Shown: positions 9,014-17,082 of the stretch, one piece after another
Layout: the number at the start of each line of letters is the position of its first letter
Numbering within the stretch: position 1 is the first letter of the stretch
Origin: an uncultured Gammaproteobacteria bacterium
Lineage (GTDB): Bacteria; Patescibacteriota; Patescibacteriia; JAGPKW01
Direction: 5' to 3'
Assembly (NCBI GenBank): GCA_964532735.1
Contig: CAZHKK010000004.1
Location: 1-50,362 of the forward strand
DNA length: 50,362 nucleotides
Notes under the pieces: generated by a model
What the model was told of the DNA's origin: nothing
The model's database searches: none
What the model saw: the letters and a program-made list of their open reading frames with translations, nothing else
Program-made: the position numbers and the translations under genes

Positions 9014-9150
9014 CAGGGAAGTAAGTGTTGGCCAACATTTATACTATATAAAATTTATTTCTAATTGTATTATTTATTTAAAAATAATTTAAAAACAAAA
9101 CAAAGATTATAATACAATATGAGTGATAAATATAATAATTAAAAATAAAT

Positions 9151-9309
9151 ATGAAAGAAAGAAAGGTTTTAATAAAAGATGTTCCAATAAAACATAAAAG
9201 TCATGTTTTAAGAAATATTATGCTTATGTCTGTTGGAGTGGGAATAGTAACTTTATTTAAAAAAGTTAGTAATCCTAAAAAAAATTTTTACTTAAAAAAA
9301 TTAGGATAA
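9151..9309 (+). CDS. Possible 52-aa small membrane protein (below the ORF-track cutoff)
   Basis: The ORF runs from ATG to TAA and encodes MKERKVLIKDVPIKHKSHVLRNIMLMSVGVGIVTLFKKVSNPKKNFYLKKLG, with one hydrophobic stretch. The hairpin TTAGGAT-AAA-ATCCTAA spans the stop. There is no homology evidence. Confidence 0.2.
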   Translation: MKERKVLIKDVPIKHKSHVLRNIMLMSVGVGIVTLFKKVSNPKKNFYLKKLG

Positions 9310-9388
9310 AATCCTAAATATCTAATTAACAAAAGTATTTCGTTTATTAATGTTCTAACTAAACAGATTAATAAATTAAAATACTATA

Positions 9389-11983
9389 ATGAAAAATAAA
9401 AACAAAAAATTTCTTTTTTTGTATAAAAACAAGAGAAGAAATAAAAAAAATGAAAAAGATATATTTAAAACGTTTGTTGCATCTGTGCTTGTTGTAACTA
9501 TAACTTCATCATTTTTCTCATTTTTAGACTATAAGATTTCAAGAAATATTACTAATAATCCTGATAGTTTAAAAACATCAAATCTTCCTTCTACTGAAGA
9601 TATATTAAATAAGATATTGGCTATAAATGAAGTTGATGCTGCTAATATAAATTATAAAGCATCTTCTTTTATTCCAAGTTCTAAAATATCTTTAGAAGGT
9701 AATGTTGGTGAAATTATAACTTTTCCTTTAAAATTAAAAAATATAGGAAATTATGTTTGGAGACAATCTGGTGTAAATCAAATAGTTTTGAGAGTGAAAG
9801 ATAATAAAAATGGTTTATTAAAGAGTGATGAATGGATTTCAAATTCTGTTGTTGCAAAACTAAAACAAACTATTGTTTATGTTGGTGAAACTGGAGAATT
9901 TAATGTTTCTGTAAAAGTTCCATCTACTACTTCTTCAGATACTTATGTATTATATGTTGGTAGTTATTCTCAAGAAGTTCCTGGGAGTTATATAGAATTT
10001 ACTGTTTCTCCAAAAGATAATATTGTTTCTAGTTCTGTTGCTCAAAATTCTATTTCCTCAGTTTCTATAAATACAAATAATATTTTAAGTAAATCATATA
10101 ATTTATATGATAGTTCTCCAGAAATTAAAAAATTACAACAATTTTTAAATAATAATGGATTTACTATTGCTTCTTCTGGTGTTGGTTCTAAGGGACGTGA
10201 AACTGAATATTTTGGACCAGCTACTCAAAAAGCTTTAATAAATTTTCAAAAGAAAAATAATTTAAGTAATTCTGGAAAATTGACTGATGAAACTGTAAAA
10301 TTTATAAATAATTTTGGTTCAAATAATAAATCTGATATTGATGTAAATAATCAAGTTGTTATTCCTTCAAATACAAATACAAATAATATTTTAAGTAAAT
10401 CATATAATTTATATGATAGTTCTCCAGAAATTAAAAAATTACAACAATTTTTAAATAATAATGGATTTACTATTGCTTCTTCTGGTGTTGGTTCTAAGGG
10501 ACGTGAAACTGAATATTTTGGACCAGCTACTCAAAAAGCTTTAATAAATTTTCAAAAGAAAAATAATTTAAGTAATTCTGGAAAATTGACTGATGAAACT
10601 GTAAAATTTATAAATAATTTTGGTTCAAATAATGTTACTGCTCAAACTGAAAAAGATGATGAAATGGTTTTAGAAAATATTTCATACATATCTTCTGATA
10701 AAGATTTTGAAATAGTAGATTCTAAAACTTTGAATACTGTTTTAAATGTAAAATCTGGTGAAAAAGTTAATATTTCATTTAATCAGGTGACAAAAACATA
10801 TACTGTTAGTAAGGATGGTTTAATATATTATAATTCAAATAATAAATTAAATATAAAAAATACTAATTCTGGAAGTTTAGATCTTGGTGGTAAAAAATAT
10901 ACTAATTTATTAATAGCTTTAAAATCTGATTTTGATATTAAGGTTAATAATAATTCTAATGGTTTTGTGGTGTGTGCTTCTATTGATTGTGGTTTAGTTG
11001 ATAATAATACTAATCCTGCTGCTGTTGATAATTCTACTTCAAATATACCTACAAATACTTCTTCTATAACTACTTCTAATGGAACGGTTATAAAATACTT
11101 AAATCACGAATATATAAAAGATGAATTTAAGATTAGAGTTGGTATTAGTCGTGATTTATTGCCAGCTACTATAACTAATAATCAAAACTATAGTATAGTT
11201 GATGGTAATAATGTTCTTATAACTCAAGTAAATTCTGGTGAACAAGTTATTATAAATTATAACAAGTCTACAAAAATTTACTCTGTTATGAAAAATGGTG
11301 TTCTTGTTAAAGAAACTTATGATTATTTAAAATTAGATAATATTAATAATGGTATATTTACAATAAACAATATGGTTTTATCTCCTTATGGAGTTAACTA
11401 TAATATGTTTAAGGGAAATTTAGAACTTAGATATAATTCTACTTATGATCATGCTTGGATTATTAATGAACTAGGCATGGAAGATTATCTTAAAGGTATT
11501 GGTGAAGCTTCAAATTCTTCTTCTTATGAATATTTGAAAGTTATGGCTGTGACTGCAAGAACTTATGCTACATATCATTATTTAAATAGTTCTAAAAATG
11601 CTGCTCAATATTTTAATGTGTTTTCTACTACAGCGGATCAAGTTTATTATGGATATAGAAGAGAAATTTCTCAACCTAATGTTGTGAAAGCTGTTGACGA
11701 AACAAGAGGTATGTATATAACTTATAATGATAAAATTATTCAAGCTTTTTATAGTGCTAATGCTGGTGGTAAAACTAGAACTGTCTATGAAACTTGGGGT
11801 GGGTCTAATTTACCTTATTTAATACCAGTTGAAGATAAATATACAAAAAATGATGTAAGATTTGGTCATGGTGTAGGTATGTCTCAAGTTGGTGCTATAA
11901 GAATGATTGCTTATGATAATGCTGATTTTGTGAAAGTTTTAACTTATTATTACAATGGAGTTGAGGTTGAAAGATTATACTAA
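9389..11983 (+). CDS. Membrane-anchored SpoIID/LytB-domain cell-wall protein with two peptidoglycan-binding (PG_binding_1) repeats
   Basis: It has an N-terminal basic segment plus a TM helix. Two identical PG-binding modules follow (PEIKKLQQFLNNNGF..EYFGPATQKALINFQKKNNL). The C-terminal SpoIID signature is present (MAVTARTYA, FYSANAGGKTR, GHGVGMSQVGA). Confidence 0.8.
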   Translation: MKNKNKKFLFLYKNKRRNKKNEKDIFKTFVASVLVVTITSSFFSFLDYKISRNITNNPDSLKTSNLPSTEDILNKILAINEVDAANINYKASSFIPSSKISLEGNVGEIITFPLKLKNIGNYVWRQSGVNQIVLRVKDNKNGLLKSDEWISNSVVAKLKQTIVYVGETGEFNVSVKVPSTTSSDTYVLYVGSYSQEVPGSYIEFTVSPKDNIVSSSVAQNSISSVSINTNNILSKSYNLYDSSPEIKKLQQFLNNNGFTIASSGVGSKGRETEYFGPATQKALINFQKKNNLSNSGKLTDETVKFINNFGSNNKSDIDVNNQVVIPSNTNTNNILSKSYNLYDSSPEIKKLQQFLNNNGFTIASSGVGSKGRETEYFGPATQKALINFQKKNNLSNSGKLTDETVKFINNFGSNNVTAQTEKDDEMVLENISYISSDKDFEIVDSKTLNTVLNVKSGEKVNISFNQVTKTYTVSKDGLIYYNSNNKLNIKNTNSGSLDLGGKKYTNLLIALKSDFDIKVNNNSNGFVVCASIDCGLVDNNTNPAAVDNSTSNIPTNTSSITTSNGTVIKYLNHEYIKDEFKIRVGISRDLLPATITNNQNYSIVDGNNVLITQVNSGEQVIINYNKSTKIYSVMKNGVLVKETYDYLKLDNINNGIFTINNMVLSPYGVNYNMFKGNLELRYNSTYDHAWIINELGMEDYLKGIGEASNSSSYEYLKVMAVTARTYATYHYLNSSKNAAQYFNVFSTTADQVYYGYRREISQPNVVKAVDETRGMYITYNDKIIQAFYSANAGGKTRTVYETWGGSNLPYLIPVEDKYTKNDVRFGHGVGMSQVGAIRMIAYDNADFVKVLTYYYNGVEVERLY
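10069..10633. repeat. Perfect in-frame tandem duplication (2 x 259 nt, period 306 nt) inside the SpoIID-like gene
   Basis: 10069-10327 and 10375-10633 are identical base for base on manual comparison, and each copy encodes one PG-binding module. Confidence 0.9.
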
Positions 11984-11996
11984 TCAATAAACTCTG

Positions 11997-12030
11997 AAAA
12001 AGAAAGGTTCGCTAAACCTTTCTTTTTTTT
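11997..12030 (+). terminator. Rho-independent terminator after the SpoIID-like gene
   Basis: Stem AAAAGAAAGGTT/AACCTTTCTTTT with loop CGCTA and a T8 run. Confidence 0.7.
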
Positions 12031-12146
12031 GTGGTTATAATTATTTATTTATGTTATTATTTATTTATATTTAATAATTAATTAATGAAATGAAAAAAAT
12101 ACAAATATAAATTGCGTTTGATTATTTTATAAATTAATTTATTTTT

Positions 12147-13319
12147 ATGAGTAATAGAGTTATTTTGGTTGATATTATTTTACCACGTGTAAGAAAATCT
12201 GATTTTGCTATGCGTATGGAAGAATTTAATAGTTTGATTAATACTTATAGTGGTTTTGATGTTGTTTCTGTTCATCAAGGAAGACATACAACTAATTATC
12301 ATACATATATTGGTTCTGGTAAATCAGAATCTTTATTTAAGGAGGCATTAGAAAAAGATGTTGATTTTATAGTTATTAATAATGCTATGAAACCTTCACA
12401 AATTTGGAATCTTCAAGAAAGATTTGAAGAATATAAACATGAATATATAAAAAAACACGAATCAAAAGAAGATGGGTATGATTTTAAAGTTTCTATTAAT
12501 AAAAGTATAGAAATTTGGGATAGAATTGATTTAATTTTAAAAATATTTGAAAAACATGCATCTACTCAGGAAGCTAATTTGGAAATAGATCTTGCAAAGT
12601 TAAATCATATGGGGCCTAGAATTTATGGGATGGGTAATATGTTATCAAAACAAGGTGGAGGAGTTGGAACTCGTGGAGGTGGAAGAAGTAACACAGAAAT
12701 GATGAGACTTCATTTTAAAAAACAAGAACAAAAAATTGTTCAACAACTTGAACAATGTAAAAAAAATAAAGAACTAAGAAGAAATGATAGAATAAAGAAA
12801 GGTTTAAAAACTGTTGCTATTGTTGGATATACAAATGCTGGTAAATCACATACTTTGAAAGCTTTAACAGGTAAAGATGTTTATGTGGCTGACAAATTAT
12901 TTGCTACTTTGGATACTAGGGTTGGTAATTTATTTCTTCCAAATTTAAACAAAATTTGTTTAGTTTCTGATACAATAGGTTTTATACAAGATTTACCTCC
13001 GGATTTAATTAATTCTTTTAAATCTACCTTGGAAGAGACTATATATTCAGATTTGGTTTTACATGTTATTGATATTTCTGATGAAAAATACGATAAAAAA
13101 ATTAGAGTAGTTATGGATATTTTAAAGGATTTAAAAATAAAACAGGAGATAGTTTTTATTTTTAATAAGATTGATAATATTAAAAGTAAAACAAAATTAA
13201 ATTCTTTAAAAAAACTTATAAAAGAAAAATATTTTGAATTTAATCCTGTTTTTATTTCTGCAAAAGAAAAAATTGGAATTAAAGATCTTGTTGAATTTAT
13301 AGAAAAAAGAATTGAATAA
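12147..13319 (+). CDS. hflX: GTPase HflX
   Basis: The HflX N-domain and linker (GGGVGTRGGGRSNTE) are present, with G1 GYTNAGKS, the G2 region ATLDT, G3 DTIGF and G4 NKID. Confidence 0.9.
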   Translation: MSNRVILVDIILPRVRKSDFAMRMEEFNSLINTYSGFDVVSVHQGRHTTNYHTYIGSGKSESLFKEALEKDVDFIVINNAMKPSQIWNLQERFEEYKHEYIKKHESKEDGYDFKVSINKSIEIWDRIDLILKIFEKHASTQEANLEIDLAKLNHMGPRIYGMGNMLSKQGGGVGTRGGGRSNTEMMRLHFKKQEQKIVQQLEQCKKNKELRRNDRIKKGLKTVAIVGYTNAGKSHTLKALTGKDVYVADKLFATLDTRVGNLFLPNLNKICLVSDTIGFIQDLPPDLINSFKSTLEETIYSDLVLHVIDISDEKYDKKIRVVMDILKDLKIKQEIVFIFNKIDNIKSKTKLNSLKKLIKEKYFEFNPVFISAKEKIGIKDLVEFIEKRIE

Positions 13320-13326
13320 AAAAATA

Positions 13327-13350
13327 GCGGCTAATTTTTAATTTAGCCGC
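13327..13350. terminator. Bidirectional terminator between the convergent hflX and the 79-aa gene
   Basis: Stem GCGGCTAA/TTAGCCGC flanked by an A-run on the left and a T-run on the right. Confidence 0.6.
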
Positions 13351-13355
13351 ATTTT

Positions 13356-13595
13356 TTATTGTATTTTGACTGTTAAAGATATTTGTTCTGCTATATAAAC
13401 TGCATTTTCTTGAGTAAATTTATCTAATAATTTGCTACTTTTTTCTTTTATTTGTGATATATCTTCTAATGCTTCTTTAAAATGTTTTTCTTTTGAATAA
13501 AATATGTTTTTTAATTCTTGTTTTTTTAAGTATGTTTTATCGCTAAATAAAAAAATTATAATTTTTTCAAAAGCACAAATTTTAGTTTTTTCCAT
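13356..13595 (-). CDS. Hypothetical protein (79 aa from the ATG; helical, no recognisable motif)
   Basis: An AGGGGG Shine-Dalgarno lies 7 nt upstream of ATG 13595, and the track start at 13601 is a TTG two codons earlier. It is the last gene of a minus-strand string ending at the bidirectional terminator. Confidence 0.45.
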   Translation of the reverse strand: MEKTKICAFEKIIIFLFSDKTYLKKQELKNIFYSKEKHFKEALEDISQIKEKSSKLLDKFTQENAVYIAEQISLTVKIQ

Positions 13596-13655
13596 AAACA
13601 ACCCCCTAATTTTATTTTATTATATTTTTACTCTTATATTATAAATAGTCAAATT

Positions 13656-13958
13656 TTAGAAATTTTCATTAATTTTTGTGTTTATTTTTTCAATATTAAA
13701 AGGGTTATTTAATTCTTTTAATATTTCTAATATTTGTTTTGTCTTTAGTTTTATTATTGATGCTATTATTGTATTTTTACAATATATTGTTAGATAATTA
13801 TCTTTTATAAAACCTGGTTTCATAAATTGTAGTTCTTGAGGTTTAAATATTTTTATTAATTTTTTATTTAATTCTATAAAAAAAAGTTCTTTAGAAATTT
13901 TGCTTCCTATTTCTGAGTTTGGTTTATATTTTGATAATATATCTGATATGTTATTCAT
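13656..13958 (-). CDS. DUF721/DciA-like small protein (tentative)
   Basis: Its 100-aa size fits, and the pattern ..FMKPGFIKDNYLTIYCKNTIIASIIKLKTKQILEILKEL resembles the DUF721 core (target strand, 'L.V.v.s...a.eL......il..ln'). This is motif recall only. Confidence 0.35.
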   Translation of the reverse strand: MNNISDILSKYKPNSEIGSKISKELFFIELNKKLIKIFKPQELQFMKPGFIKDNYLTIYCKNTIIASIIKLKTKQILEILKELNNPFNIEKINTKINENF

Positions 13959-14017
13959 GTTTTTATTATAGCATAATTTTTTTATAGAATTAAAAAATAG
14001 GGGATTAACCCTAATTT

Positions 14018-14767
14018 TTATTTTTTGGAAGACATATTTTCAAAAGCTCTTAGTATCTCTAATGGTAATGCTATTACTATTTTACCAGCAGGATCACTAC
14101 TTATTTCGTTTAACGTTTGAAGTGTTCTAAGATGTAAAGCTCCTTGTGTTCTTGATAATATTTCTGCAGCTTTGGACATATTTTCAGCGGCATCTTTTTC
14201 TCCTTCGGATTTTATTATTACTGCTCTTTTTTCTCTTTCTGCTTCTGCTTGAGCGCCTATAACTCTTTTCATTCCTTCTGGAAGAGTAATATCTTTTAAT
14301 TCTACAGATTCTACTTCTATACCCCATGCATCACTTACTTTATCAACTGTTTCTCTTATTCTTTTTGATATTTCTTCTCTGTTTGATAATAATTCATCTA
14401 ATTCTACTTGACCAGCAACATTTCTCATTGTTGTTTGTGCAAGTTGTGATACTGCATAATAAAAATCTTCAACTTCTAAAACTGCTTTTTGGACATTTCC
14501 AACTTTGTAATATATTACGGCATTTATTTTTACTGATATATTGTCTTTTGTTATTCCTTCTTGATCTGGAACATCTACAGCTTTTGTTCTAATATCTACT
14601 TTTTTGTAGCTTTGTATTATAGGTAATATAATTCTCCATCCTGGTTCCATTATTTTTGTGAATCTTCCTAGTGTGAATTTTAATCCTTTTTCATATTGAT
14701 CTATTTGTCTTATGGAAATTAATATCAAAAATAATATTCCACAAGCTATTGTTATAAATGTTCCCAT
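14018..14767 (-). CDS. SPFH/band-7 (stomatin/HflC-like) membrane protein
   Basis: It has an N-terminal TM helix and the SPFH core (IDQYEKGLKFTLGRF, VDIRT, QEGITKDN..V.INAV.YY.V), followed by a coiled Ala/Glu-rich segment (AQAEAEREKRA). Confidence 0.85.
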   Translation of the reverse strand: MGTFITIACGILFLILISIRQIDQYEKGLKFTLGRFTKIMEPGWRIILPIIQSYKKVDIRTKAVDVPDQEGITKDNISVKINAVIYYKVGNVQKAVLEVEDFYYAVSQLAQTTMRNVAGQVELDELLSNREEISKRIRETVDKVSDAWGIEVESVELKDITLPEGMKRVIGAQAEAEREKRAVIIKSEGEKDAAENMSKAAEILSRTQGALHLRTLQTLNEISSDPAGKIVIALPLEILRAFENMSSKK

Positions 14768-14843
14768 TTTTTTGTTTTTATTAATTAATATAAAAATAAC
14801 TTTATTTAAGGATATTTTATCATAAAAAATATAAAAGTAAACA

Positions 14844-14869
14844 AAAATAGAGAGGTTAATCTCTATTTT
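14844..14869 (-). terminator. Terminator after the RRM-protein gene (usable in both directions)
   Basis: 10-bp stem AAAATAGAGA/TCTCTATTTT with a 6-nt loop, and a T-run on the minus strand after the stem. Confidence 0.6.
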
Positions 14870-14877
14870 AAGTGTAT

Positions 14878-15183
14878 TTATTCTCTGTTGTATCCACCTC
14901 TTGAACCACCAAATCCACCATTGAATGGTCTTCTTGGTCTATCTTCTTGTGGTCTAGCTTCTGATACTATAATCTTTCTTCCTTCTATTTCTGTTTGATT
15001 TAAATCAGTAATAGCTTGATTTCCAGCTTCGTCTTCCATTTCAACGAATCCGAAACCTTTTGATCTACCAGAGAATTTGTCTTTGATAATTGTAGCAGAA
15101 GTAACTGCACCAATTTTTTCAAAGATTTCTTTTAACCCATCTTCTGTTAAAGCATAAGATAAGTTTCCTACGTATAATTTCAT
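14878..15183 (-). CDS. RRM-type RNA-binding protein with an Arg/Gly-rich tail
   Basis: RNP2 (KLYVGNLSY) and RNP1 (KGFGFVEM) motifs are present, with a C-terminal RPRRPFNGGFGGSRGGY tail. Confidence 0.85.
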   Translation of the reverse strand: MKLYVGNLSYALTEDGLKEIFEKIGAVTSATIIKDKFSGRSKGFGFVEMEDEAGNQAITDLNQTEIEGRKIIVSEARPQEDRPRRPFNGGFGGSRGGYNRE

Positions 15184-15299
15184 ATTTTTGTATGTAATAT
15201 TTTGTAAGTAATATTTATAGGACGACCTACTTAATTTTCTTTTTCTTACTAAATATTACATATTAGAGAGAACTAGAGAAAATTTATTCCTACGATGTA

Positions 15300-15328
15300 A
15301 TTATAGCATGGTAAATATAAAAAGTCAA
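15300..15328 (-). promoter_or_regulatory. Near-consensus promoter for the RRM-protein gene
   Basis: The minus strand reads TTGACT, 17-nt spacer, TATAAT with an extended -10 TGC. This leaves a roughly 110-nt 5' UTR. Confidence 0.55.
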
Positions 15329-15370
15329 TTTTCGTTTAATATTAAGTAAAATATGATGTTTTTGATTTTG

Positions 15371-15399
15371 TTGACTAAGATTATTATAATTGTTATGAT
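15371..15399 (+). promoter_or_regulatory. Promoter for tRNA-Leu
   Basis: TTGACT, 17-nt spacer, TATGAT, ending 15 nt before the mature tRNA 5' end. Confidence 0.5.
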
Positions 15400-15414
15400 G
15401 TATCAATAATTTAT

Positions 15415-15501
<87 letters not shown>

Positions 15502-15530
15502 AAAAAACAGAACTAATGTTCTGTTTTTGT

Positions 15531-16994
15531 TTATATTATTTTATTTGATTCTTCTTTGTGTGCTTGTGTACCGTTTTTATTAAAAAATTCTATTGCAACT
15601 TTTAATTCTTCTAATTTATTTTTTTCTGCGTATTCTTCTATTTCTATATTTTGTTTGTATGCATCCCATGATTGAATTAATGCTGTTGCTCCTGCTTGTG
15701 TTCCCATTGGATGAGAATGAACCCCAGCTCCCATTGTTGTAATAAAATCTATTGTTCCTATTAAGTCAGCAAAAGGTTTTAACAATACTGGGTTTAATCC
15801 ACCTGATATTATAGGACAACATTTTTTAATAAATCTCCAATCTTTTGTTTTAGAAATATTTTTGTTTTCTAATTTATCTTTTATTATTTCTTTTGTTCCT
15901 TTTTCCCAAATTAATTTTTCTTTTCCTACTGCGTATATTATGTCTTTGTCGTTTTCTGGAACATCTGTCCATATTTGATTGAAATAATTTCCTTCACTAG
16001 CTATTTTAAGCGCTTGTTTTGCTGCTGTTATGTCTTCTTCGGGAGATCCTGCCATTTTGCCAACTCCGGCTGTTCCTGTATGTATTCCTGAAGCTCCAGC
16101 TAAACGAGCAAATTTTGTTAAAACAGGCACAGTAAACCCTATTGGATTTTCTTCTCTTGTAAATGCTCCATGTCCAGCTCTATGAAAATGTAAAAATACA
16201 TTAGGATATTTTCTTCTTATTGTTTGTATGGCCATCCATCCACATGTTATCCCGTCAACTAGAAATGCATAGCTTCCTGGTTTCATTGTTTTTGAAACAA
16301 ATTCTGCTCTTTCTAACATAGTATCATAATCAGCTGCAGAAATATTAAAAGAATGAACTTTTGTTTGTCCTGTTATTTCTTCTGCTTTATCCATTGCTAT
16401 TCTTACAGACTCAACCATTTTTTTATAAGGGCAAAATTCTTGATCTGCTTGTGGTTCGTCATTTTTTACAAAATCACCACCACCAACCCAAAAATCATAA
16501 CAAACTTCAGCATATTCTGTTGATGTAAGTCCTATTTTTGGTTTTATAATTGTTCCAAGAATTGGTCTGTCCCAATTATTTAAGTATTCTCTCATGTCAT
16601 CAATTGTATAACTTGGGCCATCATATTTATCTAACATTTGAGAAGGGAACCATACATCTAATAATTTACATTCTTTAAGACTGCTCATTCCAAAAATATT
16701 TCCAGCTATATATGTCATTATGTTTTGTATATTTCCGCCTCTATCAAATATTGAATATGGGTATGCTATCCATACTAATTTTTTTACTTCATCAAATTTA
16801 TAAACAACTGCGTTATGTTTTTTAGCATAAGCTGTTTGAGTTCCTACTTTTATGTTTGATCCAGTTGAAGATTCAGCACAAAGTTCGCTAGCCTCTCCTA
16901 AAAAATCACCACTATAAGTATCAAATTTGAATACAGCTAACATGTATTCTCCAGTGTTTATATCACGTCCTATGTCTATATATTCTTGTTGCAT
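15531..16994 (-). CDS. rbcL: Ribulose-1,5-bisphosphate carboxylase/oxygenase large subunit, form II/III-like
   Basis: The catalytic motifs are all present: CAESSTGS, AGNIFGM, IIKPKIGL, GGDFVKNDEPQ (carbamylated Lys plus Asp/Glu), LHFHRAGHGA, SGIHTGTAGVGKMAG and PIISGGLNP. There is an insertion (..KEKLIWEKGTKEIIKDKLENKNISK..) before the SGG motif, as in form II/III enzymes. Confidence 0.88.
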   Translation of the reverse strand: MQQEYIDIGRDINTGEYMLAVFKFDTYSGDFLGEASELCAESSTGSNIKVGTQTAYAKKHNAVVYKFDEVKKLVWIAYPYSIFDRGGNIQNIMTYIAGNIFGMSSLKECKLLDVWFPSQMLDKYDGPSYTIDDMREYLNNWDRPILGTIIKPKIGLTSTEYAEVCYDFWVGGGDFVKNDEPQADQEFCPYKKMVESVRIAMDKAEEITGQTKVHSFNISAADYDTMLERAEFVSKTMKPGSYAFLVDGITCGWMAIQTIRRKYPNVFLHFHRAGHGAFTREENPIGFTVPVLTKFARLAGASGIHTGTAGVGKMAGSPEEDITAAKQALKIASEGNYFNQIWTDVPENDKDIIYAVGKEKLIWEKGTKEIIKDKLENKNISKTKDWRFIKKCCPIISGGLNPVLLKPFADLIGTIDFITTMGAGVHSHPMGTQAGATALIQSWDAYKQNIEIEEYAEKNKLEELKVAIEFFNKNGTQAHKEESNKII

Positions 16995-17024
16995 AGTTTT
17001 TAAATTAACCTTTTAGTTATTTCT

Positions 17025-17053
17025 ATTATAACATATTTTTGTTAGAATGTCTG
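17025..17053 (-). promoter_or_regulatory. Candidate RuBisCO promoter
   Basis: The minus strand reads CAGACA, 17-nt spacer, TATAAT with an extended -10 TGT. Confidence 0.4.
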
Positions 17054-17071
17054 AGTTATTTAATTTATAAT
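17042..17071 (+). promoter_or_regulatory. Candidate mtnN promoter (near-leaderless transcript)
   Basis: TTAGAA, 18-nt spacer, TATAAT. The -10 ends 11 nt before ATG 17083 and no Shine-Dalgarno is visible. Confidence 0.35.
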
Positions 17072-17082
17072 TTATATAATTT

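Noticed and set aside
10069-10633. CRISPR-like or minisatellite interpretation of the tandem repeats (also 23699-23731)
   Set aside because: The 259-nt repeat is coding and in frame, with only two copies. The 11-bp repeats have no spacers. No cas genes are present in the window.
12180-12195. CACGTG-centred sequences (also 48576-48598) as possible parS sites
   Set aside because: The flanks match the TGTTNCACGTGAAACA consensus poorly. One lies inside the hflX coding sequence and the other is the rpoBC terminator stem.
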